The notes: a model not told the origin generated them from the letters alone. 64,000 bases of DNA from an uncultured Alphaproteobacteria bacterium (GCA_944392785.1 CALXXW010000013.1:182201-246200), one strand, 5' to 3'. Positions 30,537 to 41,168 are shown, counted from the first letter of the stretch. Translations and numbers: made by a program.

Positions 30537-32032
30537 TCCTTCTTTTTTTCTGTTGTTCACTACGAGCGCAAGATTTCAGCGAAGCCTCTTTACTCAATCC
30601 GGCTAATCGAGATACCCAAAAAAATCTGAATATCTTTACCGGAAAACCCATTGTTTATATCAACGCGGGGACCAAAGCACAGCCTGACTCGTCGCTGATA
30701 GATACGGCAGCCCTTTTACCGCCGCCCAGACTGTCATCACCCCCGCAGGAAATCACGCTGACAACACCATTTAAAAATACCATTACAACGGCGTTTACAC
30801 CTCAAACAACCGATTTTGTTTTTATTATTCAAATTTTGGATAATCACGATATGGTTGTCGAAGAGCGCTTTCAATTTATCTCAACGAATGATGCTTTTCC
30901 TTTTACACGCGTCTTATTGAGTGGTGATAAAACGGTTGAATTAATGGCTGCCACACAGAACGGGCACTCTTTCCCTCTTTATCAGGAAAAAACACGTGAT
31001 GGTATTCTATTTGGCAGTCAACAACCTTTCCCTAAAGGAGTTCATACGCTAATGCTGCGCTATCGTGTTAAAGATGCGTTAACGCAAGGACATGCCACAA
31101 CCGCTTTGGATTGGAACTTAACGGGGACGGCATGGCCTTTTCCCATCAATAATACCGCTGTGTTGGTCTTATTTCCCAAGCAAACAAACGTCTTTCAAAA
31201 GGAAATCCGCTTTGGAACAAATGACATGCGTTTTGACGATGCCTTCACCGTTCAAACGGATATAGAAGGGAATCAACTCTATCTGTTGAATCAGCTTTTA
31301 CCGGCTTATGCCAATATACGACTTTTAACCACGTTTGACAGAATGGAACTGCCACCTAAAACGTGGGATGATTTTTGGAGAGAGCACCTTGAGCTATTAG
31401 CCGGCGGAATTATCGTTTCATGTCTGTTGGGATACTTCATATTAACGGCACTCAGTTTGGTATATGAACGTCTGCCCAAGCTTTCTCACTTTAAAACGGC
31501 ACGCTTCAATCCCTTTGTCTGGACGCGAGCCATGGGTTATCGTATTACATTAAAAGATGTTTACAATACCTTAAAAATAAACCATAAAAAGATTTTATCC
31601 ATGATTGAGAAAAATCATATTCTTCGTCTTATCGCTTGGGGAAGTATCCGGCTGTATGTTTTTATACGGTTAACAGCCGAATATACTATCGGAACACTGC
31701 TGATCTTGTTATTAAGCGCCCAGATGACCCACGATCAAGATGTTTTTTTGAGTTCCTTTTTCTGGAGTACTCTCAGCTGTTTTTCGATGGTTGCTATTTA
31801 CGGATTGTATCTTATTCGTTGCCAAACAACGTTAAAACGACAGGCTATTCAAATGAAAGAAATTTTGATGTCCGAACAAACGATATTGCAGCTAACGCCT
31901 TCAGAGATGAAAAAAATACTGCCGATTATTGCCGCCATGCGTTTAGAGACTCAGTGGATGGCTCGGTATAATACGTATCATACCACGGAAAAAGATTTTT
32001 TTAACATTGACGAAACAGCCAAAAACGTATAA
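30512..32032 (+). CDS. hypothetical membrane protein (signal peptide, extracytoplasmic domain, C-terminal TM helices; DUF2207-like architecture)
   Basis: 506 aa. N-terminus MRRWFGFIVLLFFCCSLRA, with three hydrophobic helices in the last 200 aa. Confidence 0.5.
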   Translation: MRRWFGFIVLLFFCCSLRAQDFSEASLLNPANRDTQKNLNIFTGKPIVYINAGTKAQPDSSLIDTAALLPPPRLSSPPQEITLTTPFKNTITTAFTPQTTDFVFIIQILDNHDMVVEERFQFISTNDAFPFTRVLLSGDKTVELMAATQNGHSFPLYQEKTRDGILFGSQQPFPKGVHTLMLRYRVKDALTQGHATTALDWNLTGTAWPFPINNTAVLVLFPKQTNVFQKEIRFGTNDMRFDDAFTVQTDIEGNQLYLLNQLLPAYANIRLLTTFDRMELPPKTWDDFWREHLELLAGGIIVSCLLGYFILTALSLVYERLPKLSHFKTARFNPFVWTRAMGYRITLKDVYNTLKINHKKILSMIEKNHILRLIAWGSIRLYVFIRLTAEYTIGTLLILLLSAQMTHDQDVFLSSFFWSTLSCFSMVAIYGLYLIRCQTTLKRQAIQMKEILMSEQTILQLTPSEMKKILPIIAAMRLETQWMARYNTYHTTEKDFFNIDETAKNV

Positions 32033-32054
32033 AATACACACAAAGGAGTAAAAA

Positions 32055-32501
32055 ATGGCTTGGACAGATGATAAAATTAAGCAACTCAAAAAACTATGGA
32101 GTAAGGGGAAAAGCACGGTTGAAATCGCTAAAGAGCTAGGTATTTCCAAAAATGCCGTTGTTGGAAAAGTACATCGTCTTGAATTAAAAAACAGACCTTC
32201 TCCGATTAAGAAAAAAGAAGGAATAGCACGGACACCAACGGCCAAAAAAAAACAAAACATGACGCTGATGGATTTACGCATCAACTCGTGCCGCTGGCCG
32301 ATCGGAGACCCCAAGGAGCCCCATTTCCATTTTTGTGGTGCAGATACGGCTCTTGGAAAACCATACTGTCCGGCACATTGCAAAATTGCTTACACCTCTC
32401 TGAAAGAGCTGGCCACTCAAAATGCGAAGGCAGCTGAATCCGCTCAAGATTCCTCGGCTGCAGAGCCTCAACTGACGGAAAAGACGGACTCGACCCCATG
32501 A
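32055..32501 (+). CDS. gcrA: cell cycle regulator GcrA
   Basis: MAWTDDKIKQLKKLWSKGKSTVEIAKELGISKNAVVGKVHRL and the C-terminal CRWPIGDP...FCG...C motif. Confidence 0.9.
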   Translation: MAWTDDKIKQLKKLWSKGKSTVEIAKELGISKNAVVGKVHRLELKNRPSPIKKKEGIARTPTAKKKQNMTLMDLRINSCRWPIGDPKEPHFHFCGADTALGKPYCPAHCKIAYTSLKELATQNAKAAESAQDSSAAEPQLTEKTDSTP

Positions 32502-35260
32502 CAGAAGACCTTTCATCCAAAACATTATGTCTTGTTGATGGATCCGGCTATATTTTTCGAGCATTCTATGCGTTGCCGACAATGACACGTCAGGATGGGA
32601 CCCCTGTCAATGCCGTCTATGGTTTCATGACCATGCTGATGAATTTGACTGAGGAAAATGCCTATTCTCATATCGTTGTCGTATTTGACGCCAAACGACG
32701 GAATTTCAGAAATGATTTTTATCCGGCATATAAGGCAACTCGACGCGAAACACCGCCCGAGCTTATCCCTCAGTTCCCTCTTATTCGTCAGGCAACTGAA
32801 GCACTCAACATCCCCTGGATTGAACAAGAAGGATTTGAAGCTGATGATTTAATTGCAACTTATGCACGCTTGGCAACCGAAGCCGGTTGGCAGGTACATA
32901 TCATTTCGGCCGATAAAGATTTGATGCAGCTCATGCGGCCCATGGTTTCTTTATACGACCCTATGAAGAAAAAGGAATTAAGCGAAGCCGATGTGGCGGC
33001 AAAATTTGGCGTGACACCGGATAAAGTCGTAGATGTCCAAGCGCTGATGGGAGATTCAACCGATAATGTACCGGGCGCAACAGGTATTGGCCCCAAAACG
33101 GCGGCAGAATTAATCAATCACTATGGTTCCGTAGAAAATTTACTGGACAATCTTGATACGATTTCCCTTCCTAAACGACGCGAAGGAATTTTACGAGACC
33201 GAGACCAAATCCTGATTTCAAAACGCTTGGTCAAACTGGAGGATCATGCCCCGGTTCAAGAATCTCTTGACACTTTTCAAGCACGCCAACCAAACAAAGA
33301 AAAACTTCTGGCTTTTCTGGATGAAAATCAATTCAAACGCCTTATATCCAAGGTGCAACCGTGGTCAGAACGACGCTCACGGGTGTTAGAGGCACAAGCT
33401 CCCTCTGCCAATGTCCAAGAAACATATGAGTTAATACAGGATGAAGCACAGCTACAGCATTGGATTGATATCATAAAAACAAAAAAACAAGTTGCGCTTG
33501 ACACCGAAACAACCGGGTTAAATCCTTTAAAAGCACGTTTGGTTGGTTTTTCACTTTGCTATGAGGCCGGGAAAGCCTGCTATGTGCCATTGCGTCACGG
33601 GGCACTGGATGAAGGCGAACAACAAGCCAATCTTTTTGATACCCCCTTGCCTTCACGCCCGAAACAGATCCCCGTTCAACGTGCGCTGCAACTGTTGCGT
33701 CCCATACTGGAAAATACGGAGATTTTAAAAATCGGTCACAACATCAAATACGACATGCAAATTTTTGCGAATGAATATGGATGTCTGAACATCACACCGA
33801 TTGCTGATACCATGGTCATGAGCTCTGTTTTGGATGGTTCACAACACCGCCACAATTTAGATGATTTGGCTTTGCTGTATTTTAACCATCAAAACATTCT
33901 TTATAAAGACGTGTGCGGATCGGGACGAACAAAGTGTCGCTTTGATGAGCTTCCTCTGGAAAAAGCCTGTCCTTATGCGGCCGAAGATGCAGATATGACT
34001 TGGCGCTTGTATACGCTTTTAGCCCCACGCCTTCAAGGAAACGACGCTCGTGTTTATACAGAATTAGACCTGCCGTTGATACCTATTTTAGCCCGCATGG
34101 AAAGGTGCGGCATTTTGGTCGACCGAACACATTTGATACAGGTAGACCAATTATTTTCTCATAAATTAAACATGTTAACAAAAGAAATTCACCTTTTGGC
34201 CGGCGAGGAATTTAACATTAACTCTCCGGCGCAGCTGGGGGTCATTCTGTTCGAAAAGCAAGGACTGAGTGGTGGGAAAAAGAGTGCCAACGGGGCTTGG
34301 ACAACAGATGTAAAAGTGCTGGAAACTTTGGCAGCCGAAGGGTCTAAGTTAGCAGAAAAAGTTTTGGAATACCGTTCTTTTTCTAAATTAAAAAGCACTT
34401 ATGTTGATGCCTTGTTGGCTTTATCTCATGATGATCCGCGAATACATACATCTTTTTCTTTAACGGCAACCAACACGGGACGTCTGGCCTCTTCCGATCC
34501 CAACTTACAAAACATTCCCATACGGACAGAGGACGGGAAAGAAATCCGACGTGCCTTCATTGCCAAAAGGGGCTATAAACTGTTGGCCGCAGATTATTCT
34601 CAAGTAGAGTTGCGATTGATGGCCGAGGTGGCAAATGTCACAGCATTAAAGGAATCCTTTTTAAAAAACGAAGATATTCACGCTCGAACAGCGTCTCAAA
34701 TTTTCAACATTCCTCTGGATAAAGTTGACAGTGATATGCGGCGTCAGGCAAAAGCTATCAACTTTGGGATTATTTACGGCATGTCGCCTTTTGGTTTGGC
34801 ATCTCAACTCAACATTCCGAAAGCAGATGCAAAACGCTATATTGATGCCTATTTTACCGAGTACCCCGAAATAAAAACCTACATGGATGAAACAACGCGA
34901 TTTGCCGAAGAAAATGGTTTCGTTATGACTCCTTTCGGGCGACGTATCTACCTACCGGATATACATAACAAGGCGACAAAAGCTTTTGCTCTACGGTCGG
35001 CCATCAACGCTCCGATCCAAGGGGGAGCCGCCGATATTATCAAGAAAGCCATGATAGATGTATCAGCCGCTTTAAAGAAGGCCGGATTAGACGCCTCTTT
35101 ACTACTGCAAGTCCACGATGAGTTGGTGTTTGAAGTGGCGACCTCGGACGTAGAAGCGGCCACCGCTCTTATCAAAGACAAGATGGAACATGCCTCGCGA
35201 CAAAGTATTCCCCTTATCGTCGAGGTCGGGGTTGGAGATAATTGGAAAGAGGCACATTAA
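32498..35260 (+). CDS. polA: DNA polymerase I
   Basis: 920 aa comprising a 5'-3' exonuclease, a 3'-5' exonuclease and the polymerase motifs (DYSQVELR, QVHDELVFE). Confidence 0.95.
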   Translation: MTEDLSSKTLCLVDGSGYIFRAFYALPTMTRQDGTPVNAVYGFMTMLMNLTEENAYSHIVVVFDAKRRNFRNDFYPAYKATRRETPPELIPQFPLIRQATEALNIPWIEQEGFEADDLIATYARLATEAGWQVHIISADKDLMQLMRPMVSLYDPMKKKELSEADVAAKFGVTPDKVVDVQALMGDSTDNVPGATGIGPKTAAELINHYGSVENLLDNLDTISLPKRREGILRDRDQILISKRLVKLEDHAPVQESLDTFQARQPNKEKLLAFLDENQFKRLISKVQPWSERRSRVLEAQAPSANVQETYELIQDEAQLQHWIDIIKTKKQVALDTETTGLNPLKARLVGFSLCYEAGKACYVPLRHGALDEGEQQANLFDTPLPSRPKQIPVQRALQLLRPILENTEILKIGHNIKYDMQIFANEYGCLNITPIADTMVMSSVLDGSQHRHNLDDLALLYFNHQNILYKDVCGSGRTKCRFDELPLEKACPYAAEDADMTWRLYTLLAPRLQGNDARVYTELDLPLIPILARMERCGILVDRTHLIQVDQLFSHKLNMLTKEIHLLAGEEFNINSPAQLGVILFEKQGLSGGKKSANGAWTTDVKVLETLAAEGSKLAEKVLEYRSFSKLKSTYVDALLALSHDDPRIHTSFSLTATNTGRLASSDPNLQNIPIRTEDGKEIRRAFIAKRGYKLLAADYSQVELRLMAEVANVTALKESFLKNEDIHARTASQIFNIPLDKVDSDMRRQAKAINFGIIYGMSPFGLASQLNIPKADAKRYIDAYFTEYPEIKTYMDETTRFAEENGFVMTPFGRRIYLPDIHNKATKAFALRSAINAPIQGGAADIIKKAMIDVSAALKKAGLDASLLLQVHDELVFEVATSDVEAATALIKDKMEHASRQSIPLIVEVGVGDNWKEAH

Positions 35261-35278
35261 CCCGTGCCTCATCCTTTT

Positions 35279-35980
35279 TTAGTAATCATCATTTGGAATA
35301 ATCGGTGTCACAACTCGTTTGGTCGTTTTTTTCGGTGGCCTTGATTTAATATCCGGAACCATTTGCGTAATGGTGTCATACATTTCTTTCAGGCCCGTTG
35401 CATAAAGATGATCGGCCGATGGAACCATACGATATTCGACATGTACAAAACGATGACTTCCTAACTGTTCGGCCAACATGGCAACCGAAGATTCATCAAC
35501 AATGGTATCTTGTCCGCCTTGTACAATCAAACCCGAAGCCGGACAGGGTGTTAAAAAGGTAAAATCATACAAGTTGGTCGGCGGCGTCACAAAAACAAAA
35601 CCTTTGATTTCCGGACGGCGCATCAACACTTGGGCTGCAATCCATGCTCCAAAAGAATAGCCGGCAATCCAACATTGATTTGATTCCACATCCATATTTT
35701 GAAGCCAATCCAAAGCAACAATAGCATCTGCCAATTCGCCGGCACCGGAACCATCCATCTCTCCTTGAGAAGCCCCAACACCACGGTAATTAAAGCGCAA
35801 TGCCGAAAATCCCATATTGACAAAAGCCTGAAACAAAGCGTAGGTCACACGATTATTCATCGTTCCGCCCTGTGTCGGGTTCGGATGCAAAATCAACACC
35901 ATCGGTGCTTTGGGGTTTTCCGAGCGGTGAAAACGCCCCTCTAGCCGTCCGACAACCCCGTTAAAAAAAACTTCTGCCAT
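35279..35980 (-). CDS. alpha/beta hydrolase family protein
   Basis: 233 aa with nucleophile elbow GYSFGAW. Lies convergent to polA. Confidence 0.7.
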   Translation of the reverse strand: MAEVFFNGVVGRLEGRFHRSENPKAPMVLILHPNPTQGGTMNNRVTYALFQAFVNMGFSALRFNYRGVGASQGEMDGSGAGELADAIVALDWLQNMDVESNQCWIAGYSFGAWIAAQVLMRRPEIKGFVFVTPPTNLYDFTFLTPCPASGLIVQGGQDTIVDESSVAMLAEQLGSHRFVHVEYRMVPSADHLYATGLKEMYDTITQMVPDIKSRPPKKTTKRVVTPIIPNDDY

Positions 35981-36063
35981 CTACAAACTCCTTTCCTTGC
36001 CGATTGAAATATCACGTTTAATAAAGAGGTTATAATATTTTTAACAAAAATGCAAGATTTTTG

Positions 36064-36092
36064 TTGACATTTAGAAAAAGAAAGGATATAAA
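36064..36092 (+). promoter_or_regulatory. sigma70 promoter for tRNA-Met
   Basis: TTGACA-N17-TATAAA ending about 14 nt upstream of the tRNA 5' end. Confidence 0.55.
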
Positions 36093-36105
36093 GAATTCAA
36101 CCGAT

Positions 36106-36181
36106 GGCGGAATAGCTCAGATGGTAGAGCAGAGGAATCATAATCCTTGTGTCGGGGGTTCGATCCCCTCTTCCGCTACCA
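36106..36181 (+). tRNA. tRNA-Met (anticodon CAT; elongator, or possibly lysidine-modified Ile2)
   Basis: Cloverleaf with acceptor GGCGGAA/TTCCGCT, anticodon loop TCATAAT, T-loop TTCGATC and encoded CCA. A terminator hairpin follows at 36186..36218. Confidence 0.8.
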
Positions 36182-36540
36182 GTTGCCGGCGGTCCTTACT
36201 TGAAAGGGCCGCTTTTTTATAACACAAAATTCCCCTTCTTTCCTCGCCTATCCCCCAGAAAAGATGCGCACACCTTAACTCACAGCGGCCTTACCCCAGT
36301 AATAGTATCCCTCTTCTCTGATACTATCCTCCTTTTCCGCCAGAGCGTTTTTGCCTGTATAACACCCGTGAAAAGCTCTTTTTGCTTCGAACGATTGCGG
36401 TCAATCGCCCCTCCCATGCTTGGAAACCCCCTTTCCGAACTTCCCCATGCCCTATGCATATAAAAGTCCTCGGCGGATTTTGAAAAGAAATTGAGAGGGA
36501 TTGCTTGACTTTCCTTTTTTAATTATTTATAGTTTTTCTT

Positions 36541-37680
36541 ATGAAACAAACACAAAGCGGAAATCATTTAACCGTCGACTTGGAACAAAAAGGAAATGTT
36601 CTCGTGTTAAATTTAGCGGGAGATTTTCATCAGTTTGAAGCGGCCCCCAAAGCTCATGAAATCATTCATAAGATCCGTCAAGTTCATCCCCAAAAGCTGA
36701 TCGTGCAGGATAATGGTATCGGCAGTTGGGATTCATCTTTATTGGCCTTACTCTATCAACTGCTTCAAGCCCTTCAACCGACAAACATTACCGTTGAAAC
36801 AGACGCTTTACCCCAGGAATTATCACATCTGTTGACATTGGCCTTTTCGGTGGATCGCCACCCCAAACGCCCATCTGTAAAAGATTTCGGTTTTTTGGGT
36901 AATATCGGAAATGCGTGTTTGAATCTCTATCAACCTATCCGTCAGGGTGTCAGCTTTTTGAAGCAAGTTGGCTTTTCATTAGGACGTTGGGCCCAAGGAA
37001 AAGCGATTATGCGTCCCGTTGACTTTTGGTTTGCCTTACAAGATTGCGGCCCGAATGCTCTGGGAATAGTGGCTTTAATCAGCTTTATGGTTGGCTTGAT
37101 TTTGGCTTTTGTCGGCGCTATTCAGCTCAAATCTTTCGGGGCACAGATTTATGTGGCCAGTTTGGTCGCCATTGGCATGACGCGCATTATGGGAGCTATT
37201 ATGGTCGGAATCATCATGGCCGGCCGAACAGGCGCTTCTTATGCGGCAACCATCGGAACGATGCAAGTCAATGAAGAGTTGGATGCCTTGCAGACCATGG
37301 GGATTCCGCGCTCTGATTTTTTGGTGTTGCCGCGAGTCCTAGCGTTAAGTTTAACAATGCCGCTGTTAACATTACTGGCCGATGTCATGGGCATGATCGG
37401 GGGCGGTGTCGTTGGCATTTTTATGTTGGATATTTCTCCTTCGGAATACTGGAAGTATTCAATGGATGCCTTTGATATTACCAACTTTTTAGTTGGTGTC
37501 TTTCATGGCCTTGTTTTCGGTATTATTATTGCGCTGTGCGGGTGCTATTACGGCGTCTTTTGCGGACGAAGTGCTGATAGTGTCGGACGCGCCACAACAC
37601 AAGCCGTCGTCAGTGCTATCGTCTGGATGATTGTCATGACAGGCCTGATTACTTGGGGATGTGAGGCCTTAGACATATGA
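36541..37680 (+). CDS. mlaE: MlaE-family ABC permease with N-terminal STAS (MlaB-like) domain fusion
   Basis: The C-terminal 260 aa align with the MlaE permease. The N-terminal ~115 aa resemble an anti-sigma-antagonist/STAS fold. Confidence 0.75.
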   Translation: MKQTQSGNHLTVDLEQKGNVLVLNLAGDFHQFEAAPKAHEIIHKIRQVHPQKLIVQDNGIGSWDSSLLALLYQLLQALQPTNITVETDALPQELSHLLTLAFSVDRHPKRPSVKDFGFLGNIGNACLNLYQPIRQGVSFLKQVGFSLGRWAQGKAIMRPVDFWFALQDCGPNALGIVALISFMVGLILAFVGAIQLKSFGAQIYVASLVAIGMTRIMGAIMVGIIMAGRTGASYAATIGTMQVNEELDALQTMGIPRSDFLVLPRVLALSLTMPLLTLLADVMGMIGGGVVGIFMLDISPSEYWKYSMDAFDITNFLVGVFHGLVFGIIIALCGCYYGVFCGRSADSVGRATTQAVVSAIVWMIVMTGLITWGCEALDI

Positions 37681-38444
37681 AACAATATCCGCAAATTCAA
37701 GTTAAAAACCTGACCGTCGCCTATGATGATTTTGTGTTGTTAAAGGATGTTCACTTTACCGTTAATAAAGGCGATATCTTTATCATTATGGGAGGATCCG
37801 GATGCGGAAAAAGCAGCCTGCTGCGTGTCATGACAGGCTTGACTCCGGCGAGGGGACATGTTTTCATCGGCGGTATTGATATGCTTTCTGCCGACACCAA
37901 AACAAAAACCGTTTTAATGCAAAAAGCGGGTATCCTTTATCAAAGCGGGGCTTTATTCAGCTCTATGACACTTGCCGAAAACATCGCCCTACCGCTTCAA
38001 CAATACACCGATTACTCACCGGAGACAATTCAAGAGCTGGTGTCCATGAAATTAGCTTTAGTCGGTCTGAAGGGTTTTGAGGACTTCTACCCCTCTGAAA
38101 TCAGCGGAGGAATGAAAAAACGAGCCGGCCTTGCTCGTGCTTTAGCTCTTGATCCGGATATTGTTTATTTTGATGAACCTTCTGCAGGGTTAGATCCCAT
38201 CAGCTCTCGCCTTTTAGATGATCTCATTTTAGATATCAATCAAAGCTTGGGAACGACAATTGTCATCGTCACGCATGAATTGGCTTCTATTTTAGCAATT
38301 GGGACAAATTCTATCTTTCTGGACGCAGCGTTAAAGGGGGTCAGCGCACAAGGCAATCCCAAAGAGCTCTTGAAAAATCCTCCCAATGAAACCGTTGCCG
38401 AATTTTTAACACGAGGAGAAATACATGCCAAAAGAACCAAATAG
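37677..38444 (+). CDS. mlaF: MlaF-type ABC transporter ATP-binding protein
   Basis: Walker A GGSGCGKSS, signature SGGMKKR and Walker B VYFDEP. Confidence 0.85.
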   Translation: MKQYPQIQVKNLTVAYDDFVLLKDVHFTVNKGDIFIIMGGSGCGKSSLLRVMTGLTPARGHVFIGGIDMLSADTKTKTVLMQKAGILYQSGALFSSMTLAENIALPLQQYTDYSPETIQELVSMKLALVGLKGFEDFYPSEISGGMKKRAGLARALALDPDIVYFDEPSAGLDPISSRLLDDLILDINQSLGTTIVIVTHELASILAIGTNSIFLDAALKGVSAQGNPKELLKNPPNETVAEFLTRGEIHAKRTK

Positions 38445-39228
38445 AAAACTAATCGGTCTGTTTGTTATCATCGGTCTTATCTTATTTTTAGGTATCGTCG
38501 GTCAGTCCATTATTTCCAGGATTTTAACAGACAAAAAACATGTTGTTGTGATGTATTTTAACGAATCTATTAAAGGCCTAAACGTGGGGTCTCCGGTTGT
38601 TTTTAACGGCGTTGAAATCGGTAAGGTTATTCGAATAGAGCTTTTGGGAGACCCAACCACCATGACATTTAAGGTGCCGGTCTATGCACAATTAACGCCT
38701 ATGAAAAGCATGAATCAACGCCCTTTCGATGCCGATAGGTTATGGCAAAAAAAATCAACCTTGAACCTGTTGATTGAAAAGGGTTTACGAGCGCGTTTAT
38801 TAACACAAAGCTATTTAACGGGACAGTTGATGATTGAATTAAGTATGATGCCTAATACGCCCGAAGATATGTATCGGAACCCCTATGATATTGCTCATGA
38901 AATTCCCGAAATTCCAACGGTCTTGTCTCCTGTCGGAGAGCTGTCAAAAGGACTTCAGGATATCCCCTTAAAACGTTCCATTGAAAAACTGGAAAAAGTC
39001 CTGGATAACATCGCTCAGTATCTACCCATTATGATGCCGGCTTTAACCAAAACAACCCAAAACCTGGAACAAATTACCGTGGCAATCGTCCCGGCCATGG
39101 ATCCCACCTTGAATACTTTGAATCAAACGCTATATGATATCTCAGACGCAGCCAACTCTTTACGAAATCTCACGGATTATTTAGAGCGTCATCCGGAATC
39201 TTTGTTGCGAGGAAAAGGAGATAATTAA
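38425..39228 (+). CDS. mlaD: MlaD/MCE domain periplasmic substrate-binding protein
   Basis: N-terminal TM anchor followed by an MCE domain (VMYFNESIKGLNVGSPVVFNGVEIGKV). Confidence 0.8.
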   Translation: MPKEPNRKLIGLFVIIGLILFLGIVGQSIISRILTDKKHVVVMYFNESIKGLNVGSPVVFNGVEIGKVIRIELLGDPTTMTFKVPVYAQLTPMKSMNQRPFDADRLWQKKSTLNLLIEKGLRARLLTQSYLTGQLMIELSMMPNTPEDMYRNPYDIAHEIPEIPTVLSPVGELSKGLQDIPLKRSIEKLEKVLDNIAQYLPIMMPALTKTTQNLEQITVAIVPAMDPTLNTLNQTLYDISDAANSLRNLTDYLERHPESLLRGKGDN

Positions 39229-39229
39229 C

Positions 39230-39811
39230 ATGAAAAAATATCTATCGATTATGGGGCTGACCTTACTGTTAAGCGCTTGCTTCGGCGGTCAGACACCTCC
39301 AGCCCAATTTTATACCCTTATGAACGATGTATCGAACATTACTTCTCATCAAGCTCATTTTCTTCTGGGGGTTGAACGCGTTCGGATTCCTCAAAGCCTT
39401 GAACGTCCTCAAATGATTACCTCCAAACCGGACTCTCCCGATATTCATGTGTCGGAGATGAATCGTTGGGTAGAACCGTTAAATGCTCTGATTCAACGCA
39501 CGTTGATTTTGGATCTGGGAACAGCTCTGCCCAATGCCGAAGTAAGACAACGGAACTTTAGCCGTAATACGTTCACCTATATTTTATCCGTTGACGTTGT
39601 GCAATTAGAGGCCTTTTTAGGTGACAAAGTCTCCTTGTTAGCTTGGGCTACGATACAAGATGCCAGCGGCCATGTGATTTCTCGCATAAAAATTCAGGAG
39701 AGTGTTGCCATTGGCCCCTCCTATACCGACATGGCTCGCGGACAAAGCATACTCATCGGACGTATGGCAGAAAAAATAGCCGGCTCTTTGATAAAAGAGA
39801 CAAATAAATAG
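39230..39811 (+). CDS. ABC-type transport auxiliary lipoprotein
   Basis: 193 aa with lipobox LLLSAC. Last gene of the Mla-like operon. Confidence 0.65.
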   Translation: MKKYLSIMGLTLLLSACFGGQTPPAQFYTLMNDVSNITSHQAHFLLGVERVRIPQSLERPQMITSKPDSPDIHVSEMNRWVEPLNALIQRTLILDLGTALPNAEVRQRNFSRNTFTYILSVDVVQLEAFLGDKVSLLAWATIQDASGHVISRIKIQESVAIGPSYTDMARGQSILIGRMAEKIAGSLIKETNK

Positions 39812-39848
39812 TTGAGGACTTTTTTTTGAGAGAAATCTCCCATTTGCA

Positions 39849-39877
39849 TTGACAAAAGGAGGTTTTTTTCCTATACT
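39849..39877 (+). promoter_or_regulatory. sigma70 promoter for rnpB
   Basis: TTGACA-N17-TATACT ending about 6 nt before the RNase P RNA 5' end. Confidence 0.6.
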
Positions 39878-39882
39878 GTTGA

Positions 39883-40251
39883 GGTCAGACGGTTGGGTAA
39901 TCGCTGGTACATTATAATGGTGTATCGGAGGAAAGTCCGGGCTTCACGGGAACACGATACTGGATAACGTCCAGGCAGGGTGACCTGACGGAAAGCGTCA
40001 CAGAGAACATACCACTCAAGCATGCTTGAGAAAGGGTGAAAAGGCAGGGTAAGAGCCTACCGCGTCTCTGGCGACAGAGACGGCACGACAAACCCTATCG
40101 GAAGCAAGACCAAAAAAAGAGGGACAACAGATTGGTTGTAAAAGGAGTGTTCCTGCTCTGCCCTCAAGAGGTGGGTTGCTAGAGGTAGTCAGTAATGGCT
40201 ATCCCAGACGAATGATTACCAAGACAAAACCCGGCTTATAGACCGTCTGAC
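39883..40251 (+). ncRNA. rnpB: RNase P RNA, bacterial type A
   Basis: GGAGGAAAGTCCGGGCT (P4 5' strand), ACAGAACCCGGCTTA (P4 3' strand) and a terminal P1 helix GTCAGACGGT/ACCGTCTGAC. Confidence 0.9.
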
Positions 40252-40302
40252 ATTAATACAAAAACGCACATGCCCATAGTTTTTCAAACGGTTCTTAAAA
40301 GC

Positions 40303-41052
40303 CTACTTTACTTTATGAGCCGTTGAACGAGAAGCGACTGTTTGATGTGACGGACGCTTTTGAGAAGAAGACGCGGTTTTTGTTGAAGAAGACGAATGGT
40401 TGGCGGGTTTTCTGCTTTTTTCCGGATTAACGATACCGGTTGACAACACGATTTTTAATGCTTCATCCACACTAAGATTCAAAGCGATAACATCTTTTTG
40501 AGGGACATAAATCAAAAAGCCAGATGTCGGGTTAGGTGTTGTCGGGACATAGACACTTACCAATTCATCTTCGACCTTATCTTGAATGCCGTCATAGACA
40601 GGCCCCGTCAAAAAGGCAATCGTCCAAAGCCCCTTACGTGGATACTCAATCAGGACCGGATGACGAAAAGCGGCATTTTGTCCGGCTCCGAATAACGTTT
40701 CAAAAATCTTGCGAAATGTCGAATACACCCCAGATATAATCGGCATTTTAGCAATCAGATAGTCCCCTATGGCCATCATCGTACGACCGACCCAATGAGC
40801 GGTCAGCCATCCAATAAAAATTAAGCCTAACAATAACAGCAGAACACCAAGCCCCGGTAATCCATACGGCAAATAAGTTGCCGGATGATATGTCTCCGGA
40901 ATCAAAGAGAGAATGTTTTTATCAACCACCAAAAACAACTGAATAGCCAAATAAAAGGTGATGGCTACCGGTGCGGTCACCAAAATCCCTGTCAGCAAGT
41001 ATCTCTTGAGGGTTTGCAAAGTGCTGGATGAGGTGTTTTGATGCTTGTTCAT
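40303..41052 (-). CDS. DUF502 family membrane protein with Ser-rich C-terminal tail
   Basis: Two N-terminal TM helices and a conserved DUF502 core. The C-terminal 50 aa are low-complexity Ser/Thr/Lys. Confidence 0.7.
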   Translation of the reverse strand: MNKHQNTSSSTLQTLKRYLLTGILVTAPVAITFYLAIQLFLVVDKNILSLIPETYHPATYLPYGLPGLGVLLLLLGLIFIGWLTAHWVGRTMMAIGDYLIAKMPIISGVYSTFRKIFETLFGAGQNAAFRHPVLIEYPRKGLWTIAFLTGPVYDGIQDKVEDELVSVYVPTTPNPTSGFLIYVPQKDVIALNLSVDEALKIVLSTGIVNPEKSRKPANHSSSSTKTASSSQKRPSHQTVASRSTAHKVK

Positions 41053-41139
41053 GATACTTTCTCTCTGTTTTCTCCCTCAAGATAACGAAGAAGCTATCAA
41101 ATGTCAAAGAAAAAAATATGATAAAGATATATTTTCTTC

Positions 41140-41168
41140 TTGACAAGAAAAAGAAAATAGATTATAAA
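41140..41168 (+). promoter_or_regulatory. sigma70 promoter for rplU-rpmA
   Basis: TTGACA-N17-TATAAA. Confidence 0.55.

Noticed and set aside
36149-36463. 104-aa ORF overlapping tRNA-Met and its terminator
   Set aside because: It starts inside the tRNA gene, has no RBS and runs through a terminator hairpin. It is spurious.
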